This document shows positions 12,263 to 24,829 of a stretch of 64,000 nt of DNA, piece after piece. A program made the translations under genes and the position numbers. Source of the DNA: Octopus sinensis (Eukaryota). The notes under the pieces were generated by a model. That model searched no databases. It saw only the letters and a program-made list of their open reading frames with translations, and had not been told where the DNA came from. The stretch spans positions 3,534,001-3,598,000 of the forward strand of contig NC_042999.1 in assembly GCF_006345805.1 (NCBI RefSeq), given 5' to 3'. Each line of letters opens with the position of its first letter. The stretch's first letter is position 1.

Positions 12263-13382
12263 TAGCTGATGTACTCGGTAATTACTGGGGGTAAAGATGT
12301 TCTATTGAAACGCCTTATTACTCTGATATAAGAAAGCAATTTTGTTATAACTGCCACAAAATGTGTATTTTCCGTCACAAAAAAGTACAAAAATTTGTCA
12401 GCTGGAGGTTGGCAAGAGAGGTATTTAGAGGTTGGTGAGAAAGATTATCAGAGGTTAGTGAGAGGCAAAGACATCATTCTGCTTAGTAAAGGCATCTGGG
12501 AAATGTATAACTGCTGTCATTCACAGACAAAAACTATTGTTTTACTGTGAGAAAAGCGCTGTTCAAGTTTTAAGTGAAATTTGTCAATTGAGGATCGAAT
12601 CCACACAATGCCTGCATGAAGCCACTACAAATACATTTTGGAATAAAAAATTTATCTACTCTCATGGAAAAAGTGTAACTGTAAAACTGCAGAATTATCG
12701 GAATAATGGGCATTCAAAAAGGTATGTATGTATAGAGATGTATGAATGAAGTCTTTAATGTTTAAGATTCAAATTAAGGAAGTGCAATAATAATGTTTAG
12801 CAGTTCAAAACTGAGAGTGGTGAAATGTAGAATTAGGTCAGCTGATCATTAGAATCAAATATTGATTGCTTCACTAAAAACTGCAGGTGGTATGGATTGT
12901 TTGAATAAAATATTAGTAATATGTAGAAGATAGAAGGATCCATTGGAGGAGCCCTATTATTGATTTTTCTTCAACAATCTAAGTATGTAATGAGGTTCCA
13001 GACATGAGTTCTACTCATGTATCAAATAAAGTATAAAATTGATATTGTCTCAAAAATTAGTAATAGGACACACAAAAAATCAATATTCAAAGTAATCAAA
13101 CATAAACAATGAAATGGGTTATTTTCCTTGAGTGTTTAAAAAAAAATATTGTGCAGGTACTATGGGTTATTTCCCTTGGGTTTTTTTTAAATAGTTATAT
13201 GAGGTAGATATAAAGTTCCCTATGTTATCGATTTTCTCAACAATCTAAGTATGTCATGAGGTTTCCAGTCATAAGTTCTACTCACGTGTCAATTTTCATT
13301 AACATCAATAAAACGATGTAGGAGAAGTTAGCTAACAACACCACAAACAAACACACACCGATTTTCCACATATGTAGTAGAT
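12261..13382 (+). mobile_element. Non-autonomous Helentron/Helitron-like element with internal duplication
   Basis: Starts ACTAGCTG..CTCGGTAATTACTGGG after (TA)n and ends GTAGGAGAAGTTAG..ACAAACACAC..TATGTAGTAGAT. A 70-bp block near 12960 is repeated near 13230. Confidence 0.55.
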
Positions 13383-13399
13383 ACAGATAATGAACTTAC

Positions 13400-13430
13400 T
13401 GATAAGAGTGCTTAGATGCAATACAATTTG
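13400..13430 (-). CDS. Candidate 31-nt microexon
   Basis: ttttagcttctttcag|31 nt|gtaagtt; open as QIVLHLSTLI or NCIASKHSY. Confidence 0.35.
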
Positions 13431-14103
13431 CTGAAAGAAGCTAAAAGAGGGGACAGAGAGCAGGCATAAGTCACGTAAAGAAAAGTGATAATGAAAGCTA
13501 CAATTGCATGCAAAGTGCACAGAAAACATAACAGAAAATGACAGGAAAATACATATTAAGAGTCAGTCACTCTCTCTCACACACATTAAAGTTTGTTTTC
13601 ATGTCAAATTATATATTAAAACAATTTAACATTAAACTGAAGGATTTTTCAACACTTTTTTAATAAGGTATATATATTTATTACCATTTATAAAGATGTT
13701 GACAACAGTGATTTCCAAGTTTTATCTCGCTCACCTGTATCAGACTCCGACAGCTGAATATATTCATAAACATAGACACATACACACAAATATATTAAAG
13801 GAAAAAAACAATATCAATATAAAATGAAAATACCTCGAAAAGAGACTTTAAAAATGCAATTCTCTTCACTGTTTGTCATTAGTGTATTTTGGACAAAGAA
13901 TTATTTAAATGAAAATGATAGATCGTCAGGCAAATTATTTATTCCTCTTTCTAAATATTTCATTGGAATTCATGAGATGATTAATCATTTCCTGTCCATT
14001 CTAGGTGTAAATTATATTCCAAATAGTTTTCTCTTGGACTCAGCATGATGCCAGTAAAATGTTTTCGGTTTATATAACTTATATTCTGTTCTTATGGAAG
14101 CTG

Positions 14104-14152
<49 letters not shown>

Positions 14153-14155
<3 letters not shown>

Positions 14156-14924
14156 TGGGTCATCCTATCAATAATGCGGTTTTTTTCAATTGCATGAACT
14201 AAAGGTTGGAGGGGGATGGGATAAACTACCTGCATCAACTTGTTATGAAAGGTAGTAATTTTAACTTGTACTTATTCTTAGTGCAAGTTTTGAAGAGTGC
14301 AGTTTGATTTTAACAGTTATTTTTTCAAAGCTATAATGGAAGTGCCAAAGGAGCATATTCAGGATATTTTGCTTTATGAGTTCAATAAAGACCACAATGC
14401 AATGGGAAGTGCAAAGATTATTAATGTAGCGTATGAGGATTGGACAATAAGTGTAAGCCAGTGGCAACGGTGGTTCCAGAAATTCCAGGATGGAAACTAC
14501 AGCCTAGAAAGCGAGCCTCATCCTGGAGGATCTGTAGAACTCAAGGACATCCTGAAACCCCTTGTGGAACAAAATCCCATCATAACTAAGAACTAGCAGA
14601 GAAGGTTGGATTTTGTCATTCAACCACTCATTAACACCTGCATGCCATCAGAAAAATCAGCAAATTGGGTCAATGGATTCCTCACAAAATTTCCGAGGCT
14701 AATCACGCACAGAGAGTGAATGTACGCTTTTCTTTGATGTCACATCTCATGGATAAACCTTTTATGGACCGAATTGTGAATGGTGACAAGAAATGAGTTC
14801 TCTATAAGAGTGACAAGCACTGAAGATTATGGGAAATTACATCAAAAAAATAAATTTGTTCATTCTAATTTTGAAAAATAAAAGAAGTATAAAAAAAACG
14901 TATTATTTATGGGATAACCTAATA
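14153..14924 (+). mobile_element. Internally deleted mariner transposon
   Basis: TIRs TATTGGGTCATCCTATCAATAATGCG / CGTATTATTTATGGGATAACCTAATA in TA context. ORF MEVPKEHIQDILLYEFNK..QRWFQKFQDGNYSLE, then WIPHK and RIVNGDKK. Confidence 0.9.
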
Positions 14925-15078
14925 TATAGGGAGACAGACAGAAAGAAGACAGAGAAAGAGAGAGAGGGAGGGAGGGAAGGAGACATAGAGAGGGGTACAC
15001 ACACGCACACACACATATGTACATGTATGCATATTTTGCACTCATGTTTATGTGTATGTAAGTATATATATAAATATA

Positions 15079-15227
15079 GTGAAAAAAAGTCAAGATAGAA
15101 AATGCTAAAATAATTTTATAAAAATTATTTCAGTACCGGTTTCAGTCATTGTGACTTTTTCAACTGTAACAATTAAATAATTAAATTTAGAAAAATTAAA
15201 AGAAAAGTTTTTTTTAAAGAATATTTG
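15079..15227 (-). mobile_element. Second copy of the short hammerhead-bearing element
   Basis: Aligns end to end with 9233-9390. Confidence 0.65.
15131..15166 (-). ncRNA. Minimal hammerhead ribozyme-like motif (U3:A8 variant)
   Basis: Reverse complement: CAG-TTGAAAA-AGTCA-CAA-TGACT-GAAAC-CG-GTA-CTG. Confidence 0.6.
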
Positions 15228-15254
15228 CAGAACAGATCTATGACAAAGAATATT

Positions 15255-15645
15255 CCAATGATGTCCATTCCATGGCACCAGTTAAAAAGCTCTTCTGCTG
15301 GTTCCAAACACTGCTGCTGCTGGTGCTGTGCAAAAAGCAGTGATGCTGGTGCCAGATAAAAATCATGGGGTTGATGCCATGTAAAAGAACAGTACTGATG
15401 GTGCTATGTAAAAAGCACTGTCTAATAAAAGGCACCAATGCAGGTGACGCATAGAAAACATAGGTGCCAGGTAAAAAACACTGGTGCTGGTACCATTTAA
15501 AAAGCACCGGTGCCACATAAAAGGCACTTGTGCTGGTTCCACATAAAAAGCAACTGAGCTGATGTCACACTAACAGCATCCATGCTGCTGCCATGTATAT
15601 AGTACCCATGATGGCACCAAATAAAAAACACTCATGTTGGCACCA
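15255..15645 (+). repeat. Degenerate tandem array of the RTE 3'-UTR module
   Basis: About 12 variants of (GC)TGGTGCCAC(G/A)TAAAAAGCAC. Confidence 0.65.
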
Positions 15646-15651
15646 TATACT

Positions 15652-15891
15652 CTCTCTTTACCCCTTTTACTCTTTACTCTTTTACTTGTTTCAGTCATTT
15701 GACCGTGGCCATGCTGGAGCACCGCCTTTAGTCGGGCAAATCGACCCCAGGACTTATTCTTTGTAAGCCTAGTACTTATTCTATCAGTCTCTCTTTTGCC
15801 GAACCGCTAAGTGACGGGGACGTAAAAACACACCAGCATCGGTTGTCAATCAATGCTAGAGGGACAAACACAGACACACAAACATATACCA

Positions 15892-15924
<33 letters not shown>

Positions 15925-16102
15925 TATATACATATATACGACAGGCTTCTTTCAGTTTCCGTCTACCAAATCTACTCACAAGGCTTTGGTCGGCTCGAGG
16001 CTATAGCAGAAGACACTTACCCAAGATGCCACGCAGTGGGACTGAACCCAGAACCATGTGGTTGGTAAGCAAGCTACTTACCACACAACCACTCCTGCGC
16101 CT
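15652..16102 (-). mobile_element. SINE family A, full length
   Basis: Reverse complement of the 7473-7880 type. Confidence 0.9.
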
Positions 16103-16107
16103 TATAT

Positions 16108-16333
16108 AAAAAAAACATCTGTGCTGATGTCACATAAAATGCTCCCAGTCCACACTTTGTAAAGTGGTTGATACTAGGAAGGGCATCCAGCTGTAGAAAC
16201 TCCCACCAAAACAGGACAACTGGAACTTGGTGCAGCTCTCCAGCTTACCAGCTTTCAGTCAAACCATCCAACCCATGCCAGCATGGAAAAATAGACATTA
16301 AATGATGATAATGATGATAATGATGATGATGTT
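16108..16333 (+). mobile_element. Diverged RTE 3' end
   Basis: AGGAAGGGCATCCAGCTGTAGAAAC..CAACCCATGCCAGCATGGAAAA..(GAT)n. Confidence 0.75.
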
Positions 16334-16700
16334 GATATTTCGAGACACTTTTGAATGACATTAAAGCATATCTCTCCACTTTATATTGTTTTATTATAAT
16401 GTTTTGTTGTAGATTGGTCTTGGTTGCTGTGGTATTTATTTGCAAAAATCATGGATCACTAGCTGTTGATATGTTTGTGCATTTTCACTCTTCCATTGAA
16501 GTATTTTTAAACGAATCCTTCTTCATTACACGAGAAATAAAAAATATTCTTCTCCTTGTCATCACTGTTATTAGTTTACTCCGTTTACTTTTAATTTTAA
16601 TTGTGTACAATTATTTTCCTGAATCCTTTATAAAATTTGCTTTCACCATAGAATAAACTGAATTTTTTTTTTTTTTTTTTCAATATATCCATCTCTGTGG

Positions 16701-16801
16701 TTATGAAAATTTTATTTTGTCACAGAATATTTTAAAGTCTTTGTTATTTTCCAATTCATGAAGAACTTGTTTGAGTTTTCTATTTGAATATTTGTTTATC
16801 A
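16701..16801 (-). CDS. Candidate terminal coding exon, product unknown
   Basis: ctgtttactatcctttgcag acceptor; (x)INKYSNRKLKQVLHELENNKDFKIFCDKIKFS*; AATAAA motifs downstream at about 16390-16440. Confidence 0.35.
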
Positions 16802-16914
16802 CTGCAAAGGATAGTAAACAGAAATGTTCGTGAGTCAGATAAAATGCCTTGTGATATTGCTTCCAGCTCTTTACATTCTGAGTTCAAAGCCACCAGTCGT
16901 ACCCACTTCTAGTG

Positions 16915-17998
16915 TTCATCATCATCATCATCGTTTAATGTCCGCTTTCCATGCTAGCATGGGTTGGACAATTTGATTGAGGACCGGCAAACCAGATGGC
17001 TGCACTAGACTCCAATCTGATCTGGCAGAGTTTCTACAGCTGGATGCCCTTCCTAACACCAACCACTCCGAGAGTGTAGTGGGTGCTTTTAATCTGTTTT
17101 CCATACTGGCATGGGTTGGACAATTTGACAGGAGCTGGCTAGCTGGAGAGCCAACCAGGTTCCAATTGTCTGCCTTAGTATGGTTTCTACAGCTGGATGC
17201 CTTTCTGAATACCAACCATTTTACAGAGTGTATTGAGTACTTTTTACATAAAACCTTCTATATGGCACAGGCGCAGGTGCTTTTACGTGGCACTCTCATG
17301 GGTACTTTTTATGTGACACTGGCATGGACGTTTTTTACATGGTACCAGCACCCACAAGCCCACAAGGTAATGACCTCTTGGCTGAAAGGTGGAGTGAGGG
17401 GCATGGCCATAAAGGAGCATGGCCTGTATGTATGGATGGCCCTGGTTTTACTTAGCTTCTCATGTCTTCTCAAGCACAGCAAATCACCAAAAGTTTCAAG
17501 CCTATCATTATCATCATCATCATCATCATCACCACCATCATCATCGTCATTTAACATCCGCTTTCCATGCTAGCATGGGTTGGACGATTTGACTGAGGAC
17601 TGGCGAACCAGATGGCTACGCCAGGCTCCAATCTGATCTGGCAGAGTTTCTACAGCTGGATGCCCTTCCAAACGCCAACCACTCCGAGAGTGTAGTGGGT
17701 GCTTTTACGTACCACCGGCACAAGGGCCAGTTAGGCGGTACTGGCAATGGCCATGCTCGAATGGTGTTCTTTACATGCCACCTGCACAGGAGCCAGTCCA
17801 GTGGCACTGGCAACAACTTTGCTCGAATGTCTTTTTCACGTGCCACCAGCACAAGTGCTAGTAAGGCGACACTGGTAACAATCACACTCAAATGGTGCTT
17901 TTTACGTGCCACCGGCACAGAAACCAGTTAGCCACTCTGGCAACAATCACGCTCGGATGGTGCTCTTAGCGCCCCACTAGCACAGATGCCAGTCATCG
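16915..17998 (-). mobile_element. Three stacked RTE 3'-end copies
   Basis: CATCATCGTTTAA(C/T)GTCCGCTTTCCATGCTAGCATGGGTTGGAC recurs at about 16920, 17095 and 17540. Confidence 0.85.
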
Positions 17999-18018
17999 AG
18001 AATATTTGAAATCAAAAC

Positions 18019-18061
18019 TGTTCAAGAACTCTTCTTCGGTCAATGTGGGAAGTATAAATGT
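18019..18061 (-). CDS. Candidate 43-nt exon
   Basis: cttacatcctacag acceptor; TFILPTLTEEEFLN; donor gttttg is weak. Splices in frame to 16801. Confidence 0.2.
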
Positions 18062-19084
18062 CTGTAGGATGTAAGTAGTTCAATGTTTGTGCCTAATAAA
18101 AGCACACTCAAGGAAATTGATATTTTAGTGATTGGAATGAAATTAATAACAAAATGAAAAACAAATAAAAGCATTGAGTGGAAAGCATTTAAAAGTTCCT
18201 GCAAAAAGCAGGGGCAGGGTGGGGGGGTAATTTCTGAGAAAGGAAAACATTAAGGGAGAATAGTTGTAAATTAATTGAATAAGAAATCGGCAAATGGCAG
18301 AAAAGGTTATTAGTGCTGGTATCATATCACTAAATGTGTCGTTAATGTTTCAACTAATGTAAAATGCTGTGAAAGGATTCATTATTAAATAACTTGATGA
18401 CTCTTTGCTTTTCGTATGATATTTAACAGCTTTATATCCTCAGTCATTTTGAGAGGAGATAAAGAGAGAAAGGAAGAAAGAAAGAACATGTGATTGACAC
18501 AGGACATGATTCATAGGAAACTATAGAAACAGTTTCCAAAATGCATACGCAAGTTCAAGAAACATAAAGACTAGCTTTCCATTAATTTTTATGAGCTGCT
18601 AAAAGATTGTATGACTTTATTATCCTTCATTTGGTTAACAAATTTTAGTTTCAACTTCTTTCAGAAGACATTAATTGAAACTGTAGCTTTGAAAGTATTT
18701 AGAAAAAAACCCATAACTTTTAAAGCTGTCGTGAAATGAAACCCTGAGGGATTCTTAAGGCAAGGATATTGTTTCATGACATAAAAAGGATGTGGGACAA
18801 ATTATCTGCCTGTAACTGGATAAGATGCCTGTCTATCAAAGACACAGTCTTCAATTCTTAATAGATTCTTGTATAATGAAGGATTAATTTCATGATTAAA
18901 TTGCCAAATCAAAACACATTCAGGCCTATGAGACAATAATCCAATGTCTGATTGATTTTTCTTTTTATCATTGAACTCTGGTACAAGTTTTAGGGTTTTA
19001 TGTTTAGCTTATCTGGCTATCAGAATAAATGGCCAGAATATCAAAACAGATAACTACAAGGGTTCCTGACCAGAGAGATATCCA

Positions 19085-19230
19085 CCAGCATGGCACCTTT
19101 AGCAAGTGTCTTGTCAACTATAGCCTCAGGCTGACCAAAGCCTTCTGAGTAGATATGGTAAATGGGAGCTAAAGGAAGCTTGTCATGTGTGGTTCTGTGT
19201 GATTGTGTCTATGTTTCTCCCCTACCTATT
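19085..19230 (+). mobile_element. Diverged SINE family A head
   Basis: GGCACCTTTAGCAAGTGTCTT..CTATAGCCTCAGGCTGACCAAAGCC. Confidence 0.7.
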
Positions 19231-19234
19231 TCTT

Positions 19235-19640
19235 TACTACTCACAAGGGGTTAAACACAGAGGGGACAAACAAGGACAGACAAACAGATTAAGCCGATTA
19301 TATCAACCCCAGTGCGTAACTGGTACTTATTTAATCGACCCCGAAAGGATGTAAGGCAAAGTCAACTTCGGCGGAATTTGAACTCAGAACGTAACGGCAG
19401 ACGAAATACCTATTTCTTTATTACCCACAAGGGGCTAAACTTAGAGGGGACAAACAAGTACAAAGGGATTAAGTCGATTATATCGACCCCAGTGCGTAAC
19501 TGGTACTTATTTAATCGACCCCAAAAGGATGAAAGGCAAAGTCGACCTTGGTGGAATTTGAACTCAGAACGTAACGGCAGATGAAATACCGCTAAGCATT
19601 TTGCCTGGCATGCTAACGTTTCTGCCAGCTCGCCGCCTAC
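19235..19640 (-). mobile_element. SINE family B, multimeric copy
   Basis: CAGTGCGTAACTGGTACTTATTTAATCGACCCC..GAATTTGAACTCAGAACG duplicated at 180-bp spacing (19309/19489). Confidence 0.85.
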
Positions 19641-19644
19641 CACC

Positions 19645-19850
19645 ACTTGACAACCAGTGTTGGCATACTTACATCCCCATAACTTAGCAGTTCAGCAAAA
19701 AAGACCAATGGAATAACAGACCAACAGAATAACAGACTAATATAATAATAAACCAATAAAACTAAATAAGTTCTTGGGTCCATTCATTTGACTAAAAATT
19801 CTTCAAGGCTGTGCCCCAGCAAGGCCTCATTCAAAAGACAGAAACTAGCA
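19645..19850 (+). mobile_element. SINE family A 3' part
   Basis: CTTGACAACCAGTGTTGG..AACTTAGCAGTTCAGCAAAA..GCCCCAGCAAGGCC. Confidence 0.6.
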
Positions 19851-19949
19851 AAAGATAAACAATAGCAGGTACCTAACAAATACATATAGAATATTTACTG
19901 GTTACACTTTTTTTAAAACTCTATTAATATATGAACAAGTTAAGGTGGC

Positions 19950-20235
19950 AAGCTGGCAGAAATGTTAGCAGGCCAGGTGAAATGCTTAGTGGTATTTTGT
20001 CTGCCTTTATGTTCTGAGTTCAAATACAACCAAGGTCACTTTGCCTTTCATCCTTTCAGGGTCGATAAATTAAGGACCAGTTACGCACTGGGGTCGATAT
20101 AATCGACTTAATCCATTTGTCTGTCCTTGTTTGTCCTCTCTGTCTTTAGCCCCTTGTGGGTAGTAAAGAAATAGGTATTTCATCTGTCTTTACGTTCTGA
20201 GTTCAAATTCCACCGAGGTCGGCTTTGCCTTTCAC
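19950..20235 (+). mobile_element. SINE family B, dimeric copy
   Basis: AGCTGGCAGAAATGTTAGCA..GTTCTGAGTTCAAAT..TTTGCCTTTCATCC, with the body repeated after a linker. Confidence 0.85.
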
Positions 20236-20731
20236 CCATTCTAATAGGACCCACATTCCCAATGAGTCCTAAACACATTTGACTATGAAGCAGCAATGTG
20301 GTCAGAGGTCAAATTTTGGTATTTCATCTTTTTTCTGCATGTGTTCTTCATAACTGCTTTAGCAGGAATCTAGCAGAGATGACATTTAAGCAATTCCCAC
20401 TGTAGCAAGAATCTGGTTTGACAGGTGTAAACTGCATTTGCATGGTGCAAAGCATCTCTGCATCTCCACCAGCAACTGGAAAGGATGCTGCAGAAAGGGG
20501 AATATTTATGTTGAGTAAGAGGAAATAAACATCATATGGATGAAACTTCACTAGCAAGCCAAAAGTTTCAAACACTTGTTCTTTATTGTCATTCAAATTG
20601 ATAAAAGTAATAGCAGCTAAAATTTCACAAATTACATCTTTTCTCTTCAAAAAATGGAAGGACACATAGGATAATGTAAAAAGGAGTTTATAAACACAAA
20701 CTTGTTATCAGCTCAAATATGTTTGAGGTAT

Positions 20732-21132
20732 TCTTTTATTCTTCTATTCTTTTACTGGTTTCAGTCATTTGACTGCGGCCATGCTGGAGCACCAGCTTTA
20801 GTCAAACAAATTGACTCCAGGACTTATTCTTTGTAAGCCTAGTACATATTCTATTGGTGTCTCTTTTGCTAACCCGCTAAGTAATGGGGATGTAAACACA
20901 CCAACATTGGTTGTCAAGCACTGATAACCAATGGTGGGGGACAAATGTAGACACACACACACACACACATACAGTGGCCTTTCAGTTTTTGTCTACCAAA
21001 TCCACTCACAAGGCTTTGGTCGGCCTGAGGCTATAGTAGAAGACACTTGCCCAAGGTGCAACACAGCGGGACTGAACCTGGGACCATGTGGTTGGGAAGC
21101 AAACTTCTTACCACACAGCCACTCCTGCACCT
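20732..21132 (-). mobile_element. SINE family A, full length
   Basis: Reverse complement of the family consensus seen elsewhere in the window. Confidence 0.88.
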
Positions 21133-21189
21133 ATATTCAAACCCATAACAAAGTCATTCACTGTAATTTATCATGGAAAGAAATTTCTC

Positions 21190-21410
21190 ATCATCATCAT
21201 CATCATCATCGTTTAACGTCCGCTTTACATGCTAGCATGAGTTGGACGGTTCAACTGGGGTCTGGGAAGCCCGAAGGCTGCACCAGGCCAGTCAGATCTG
21301 GCAGTGTTTCTACAGCTGGATGCCCTTCCTAACGCCAACCACTCCGTGAGTGTAGTGGGTGCTTTTTATGTGCCACCGACACAGGTGCCAGACGAGGCTG
21401 GCGAACGACC
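21190..21410 (-). mobile_element. RTE 3' end
   Basis: (CAT)n-CGTTTAACGTCCGC..CTACAGCTGGATGCCCTTCC. Confidence 0.85.
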
Positions 21411-21429
21411 TCTTCTCATTGTAGAGAAA

Positions 21430-21700
21430 TGGATTTAAAACAAAGAATCAACTCACATTGTCACCTCACCAGTCTATGGGATGCATGTATTAGGTGTATT
21501 TACACCTATTTGTCTAATGTAGGAAATTTTCTCCATGGCAAAAACACAGTGAATGGCTTTTTTTACAAGTCCAAATATGCCTCAAACATATTTGAGCTGG
21601 TAACAAGTTGGTCAGCGCTGTCACTCCAGGATTTTGAATGTAAAAATAGGTCATGGCCGGAAAAGAGCTGAAAGCTGTTCAGTCACAACTGACCGGGGGA
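21430..21700. repeat. Old dispersed repeat fragment (probably LINE-derived)
   Basis: Matches 20690-20730 and 59050-59300 in inverted orientation (CTATTTGTCTA..GAAATTTTCT..CAG(T)(G/A)AATGGCTT). Confidence 0.5.
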
Positions 21701-21839
21701 TTAAACAATCAGAATGGCCACCAACAAATGAAACCCCTGGTAATTAAAAGAGGATGGCAAAGGAACCTCCCTTAAAACCACACCAAAAATGTGCTCAGAG
21801 GAAGCATGCAACTTAGATAACTGCAAACATCAAATAGAT

Positions 21840-22123
21840 CAGTGGTTCCCAAACTTCTTCAGACTGCCACCCCCTTGGTTTTAAGGCCACATTTCTAGTG
21901 CCTCCCCTTAACCCTAACCCACCCCACCCCCACCACAGACCATTTTCTGCAGCAAATTCAAAAACAACAGTATTTTATAAATAAAACTTAACCTTTTATT
22001 TTGCTTGATTTTTTTACATCCATTGCCCCGTTTTGGCCACCCCATTATTGCCCACCCACCCGGATCTTTCCACCAACCCTGTGGGGCGAGGGGGAGCAGT
22101 ACCGCCCAGTTTGGGAACCACTG
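21840..22123. mobile_element. hAT-type MITE
   Basis: TIRs CAGTGGTTCCCAAAC / GTTTGGGAACCACTG; flanks AAATAGAT / AAACAGAA look like a diverged 8-bp TSD. Confidence 0.85.
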
Positions 22124-22799
22124 AAACAGAACAAGTTTTTGAATGCCAACTAAGACAATGGAGATGTCTACCGTTGAAGCAGAAGCAGATGAAGGAAACA
22201 ATCATATTGACGATGATGATGATGATGATGCTGATGGCAAAATACTGAAGTGGTCAAATAAATAAATCGATAATCTCCGATCAGGCAGAGGAGACTGACT
22301 TTATATAAGAGTAGTATAACACCGGTCATTAATTGGAACCATGACTGCTACAACGTGAACGGTAACTATGAGCTATAACGATAATAAGTAGCCAGTGAAT
22401 GAACGTAGAACAACAGCAGAGGTCAATAAATAAGAAATTAGACTTGAAGATCAACCTTTAAAGCCAGGTTTGAAATTGCGTTCGTAAATTACTACAATCA
22501 CATTGAAACAAAACAAATGACATTCTGAAAGTGTTACAAAACATTAGCGTACCTATAATCGACCATTTACATCGACTTTTTTTCCCCCACAATTTATTGG
22601 TTAATATAATTATTTGGGCAATTTGTGGTTTTGTTTCACTCATTTTTACTTTTGTTTGTTTCTTGCTATTTTTTTTTGGTTTTTGTATTTTTAATTTTTG
22701 ATCTCTTGATGGTATTTTGTAAACTAGTTCTGTCATACATTCATTGTTCAAAATTAGTTACCTTTCCCGTACTATTACTTTCCTTGTTTATTATGTTTA

Positions 22800-22895
22800 C
22801 ACAGTATCTATCTATCTATCTATCTATCTATGTGTCTATATGTCTGTCTGTCTGTCTATCTATCTACCTACCTACCTATCTATCTATCTATCTGA

Positions 22896-22936
<41 letters not shown>

Positions 22937-23169
22937 GATATATATATATATGTATATATATGTATATATATATGTATGTATATATATATGTATGTATATA
23001 TATGTATATATATATGTATGTATATATATATGTATGTATGTATATATATATGTATGTATGTATATATATATATATGTATGTATGTATATATATATATATG
23101 TATGTATATATATATATATATGTATGTATATATATATATGTATATGTATATGTATATATATATATATTA

Positions 23170-23201
<32 letters not shown>

Positions 23202-23210
23202 GTATTATAT

Positions 23211-23264
<54 letters not shown>

Positions 23265-23378
23265 TATCTATATATATATATTATATATATTATATAGTAT
23301 GTATGTATATATATAGATATGTATATATATATAGGTATGTATATATATATATAGATATGTATATATATATATAGATAT

Positions 23379-23429
<51 letters not shown>

Positions 23430-23500
23430 AGAGAGAGAGAGAGAGAAAGAGAGGAATGATACATATATATATATGTATGTATATGCACATATATGCATGC
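22800..23500. repeat. (TATC)n/(TGTC)n/(TA)n/(TATG)n/(GA)n compound microsatellite
   Basis: Directly visible. Confidence 0.97.
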
Positions 23501-24347
23501 ATGCAAACCTACATAATGGGTTGCACGTTTGTATATCAGTATGTTTGCATATGTTTATATATAATAGGCTCATTTCTTTTATTCTGTTGCTTTTGTTTGT
23601 TTTTAAATACCTTTATAAGTTCCCTATACACACCCCCACCAACACCCCCACCCCACCAACACCATCCATACTCTGAATCAATAAATATCTTTTGCCTAGA
23701 AACTGAAATGTTATTTCAGAATATTAGTTCTATTTTGTTTCTTTATTGCATGGCTTCTAATTTTATACAGCTTAACAGAATTAATAACCCTTACTCTTTA
23801 TTGCTTTTATCTCTGAATGATTCACAAGTTTTTGCCATTAACCTATTTCAGTAACAATACTGGAAAAAAAAAATTATAAAAAAAAATAAATTTTAAACTA
23901 ATATCAAAGATGAACTGTTTATTATTGCCATTTCTAATATCCCTATTTTTTTAACATTTTTATATTATTTTATTTCTTATCATTACACCCACTTTTTTTT
24001 TGGTGGAGCGGGGTTGTTCTTTCCAAAACGTCCTGTTACAGTAATTTTATTTAACAACAAAGAATTTTGTCATAATTTGGAAGGTTCCATCATTAAGAGA
24101 AATAATAATATTTAGTTCTGAATTACAAATATTTGAACGGGTTGGTCATATTTCTTTAGTTGCTGCTCATGTTGTAGGTAAGTCCTGACCAAGTAATTCT
24201 ACATTCAAAAAATGCTCCAGCTAGGGCTAATCTGTATTTTGCTTTTTAGGCATGAGGTCTTCTTTATAAACATGCAGCATTCTCAAATGCCCCATGTTAT
24301 CAGGAGAACAGTGTGGGTGATTTGCTTTTATAGACTGTAACATGGTT

Positions 24348-24829
24348 CTTTTATTCTTTTACTTGCTTCAGTCGTGCTGGAGTGCTGCCTTCAGTTGAGC
24401 AAATCAACCCCCAAGACTTGTTCTTGGAAAACAAGACAAGTAACATAAAGAACGACCCTTCATCAGTTGTCGGCTGTCATCTATACCATGTATATGTATA
24501 CGTTTGTGTGTCTGTGTTCGTTCCCGCAAAAATAGTTTGACAACCGATGCTAGTACTTATTCTATTGGTCCCTTTTGCCGTACTGTTAAGTTACAGGGAT
24601 GTAAATACACAGACACACAAACATACATACAGACACACAAACATACATACAGACACACGAACATACACACACACACACACACGAAGGCTTTGTTCAGTTT
24701 CCGTCTACTAAATCCACTCACAAGGCTTTGGTCAGCCTGAGGCTGTGGTAGAAGTCACTTGCCCAAGGTGCCACGTAATGGGACTGAACCTGGAACCATG
24801 TGGTTGGTAAGCAAGCCACTCCTGTACCT
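24348..24829 (-). mobile_element. SINE family A with expanded internal microsatellite
   Basis: Family head and tail both present. Confidence 0.85.

Noticed and set aside
20348-20665. 105-aa minus-strand ORF with an internal acceptor
   Set aside because: No recognisable domain or donor, and it adjoins an old dispersed repeat.
24160-24177. 18-nt plus-strand microexon (ttctttag|..|gtaagt)
   Set aside because: Isolated, in repeat-like context, with no neighbouring plus-strand exons; consistent with chance.
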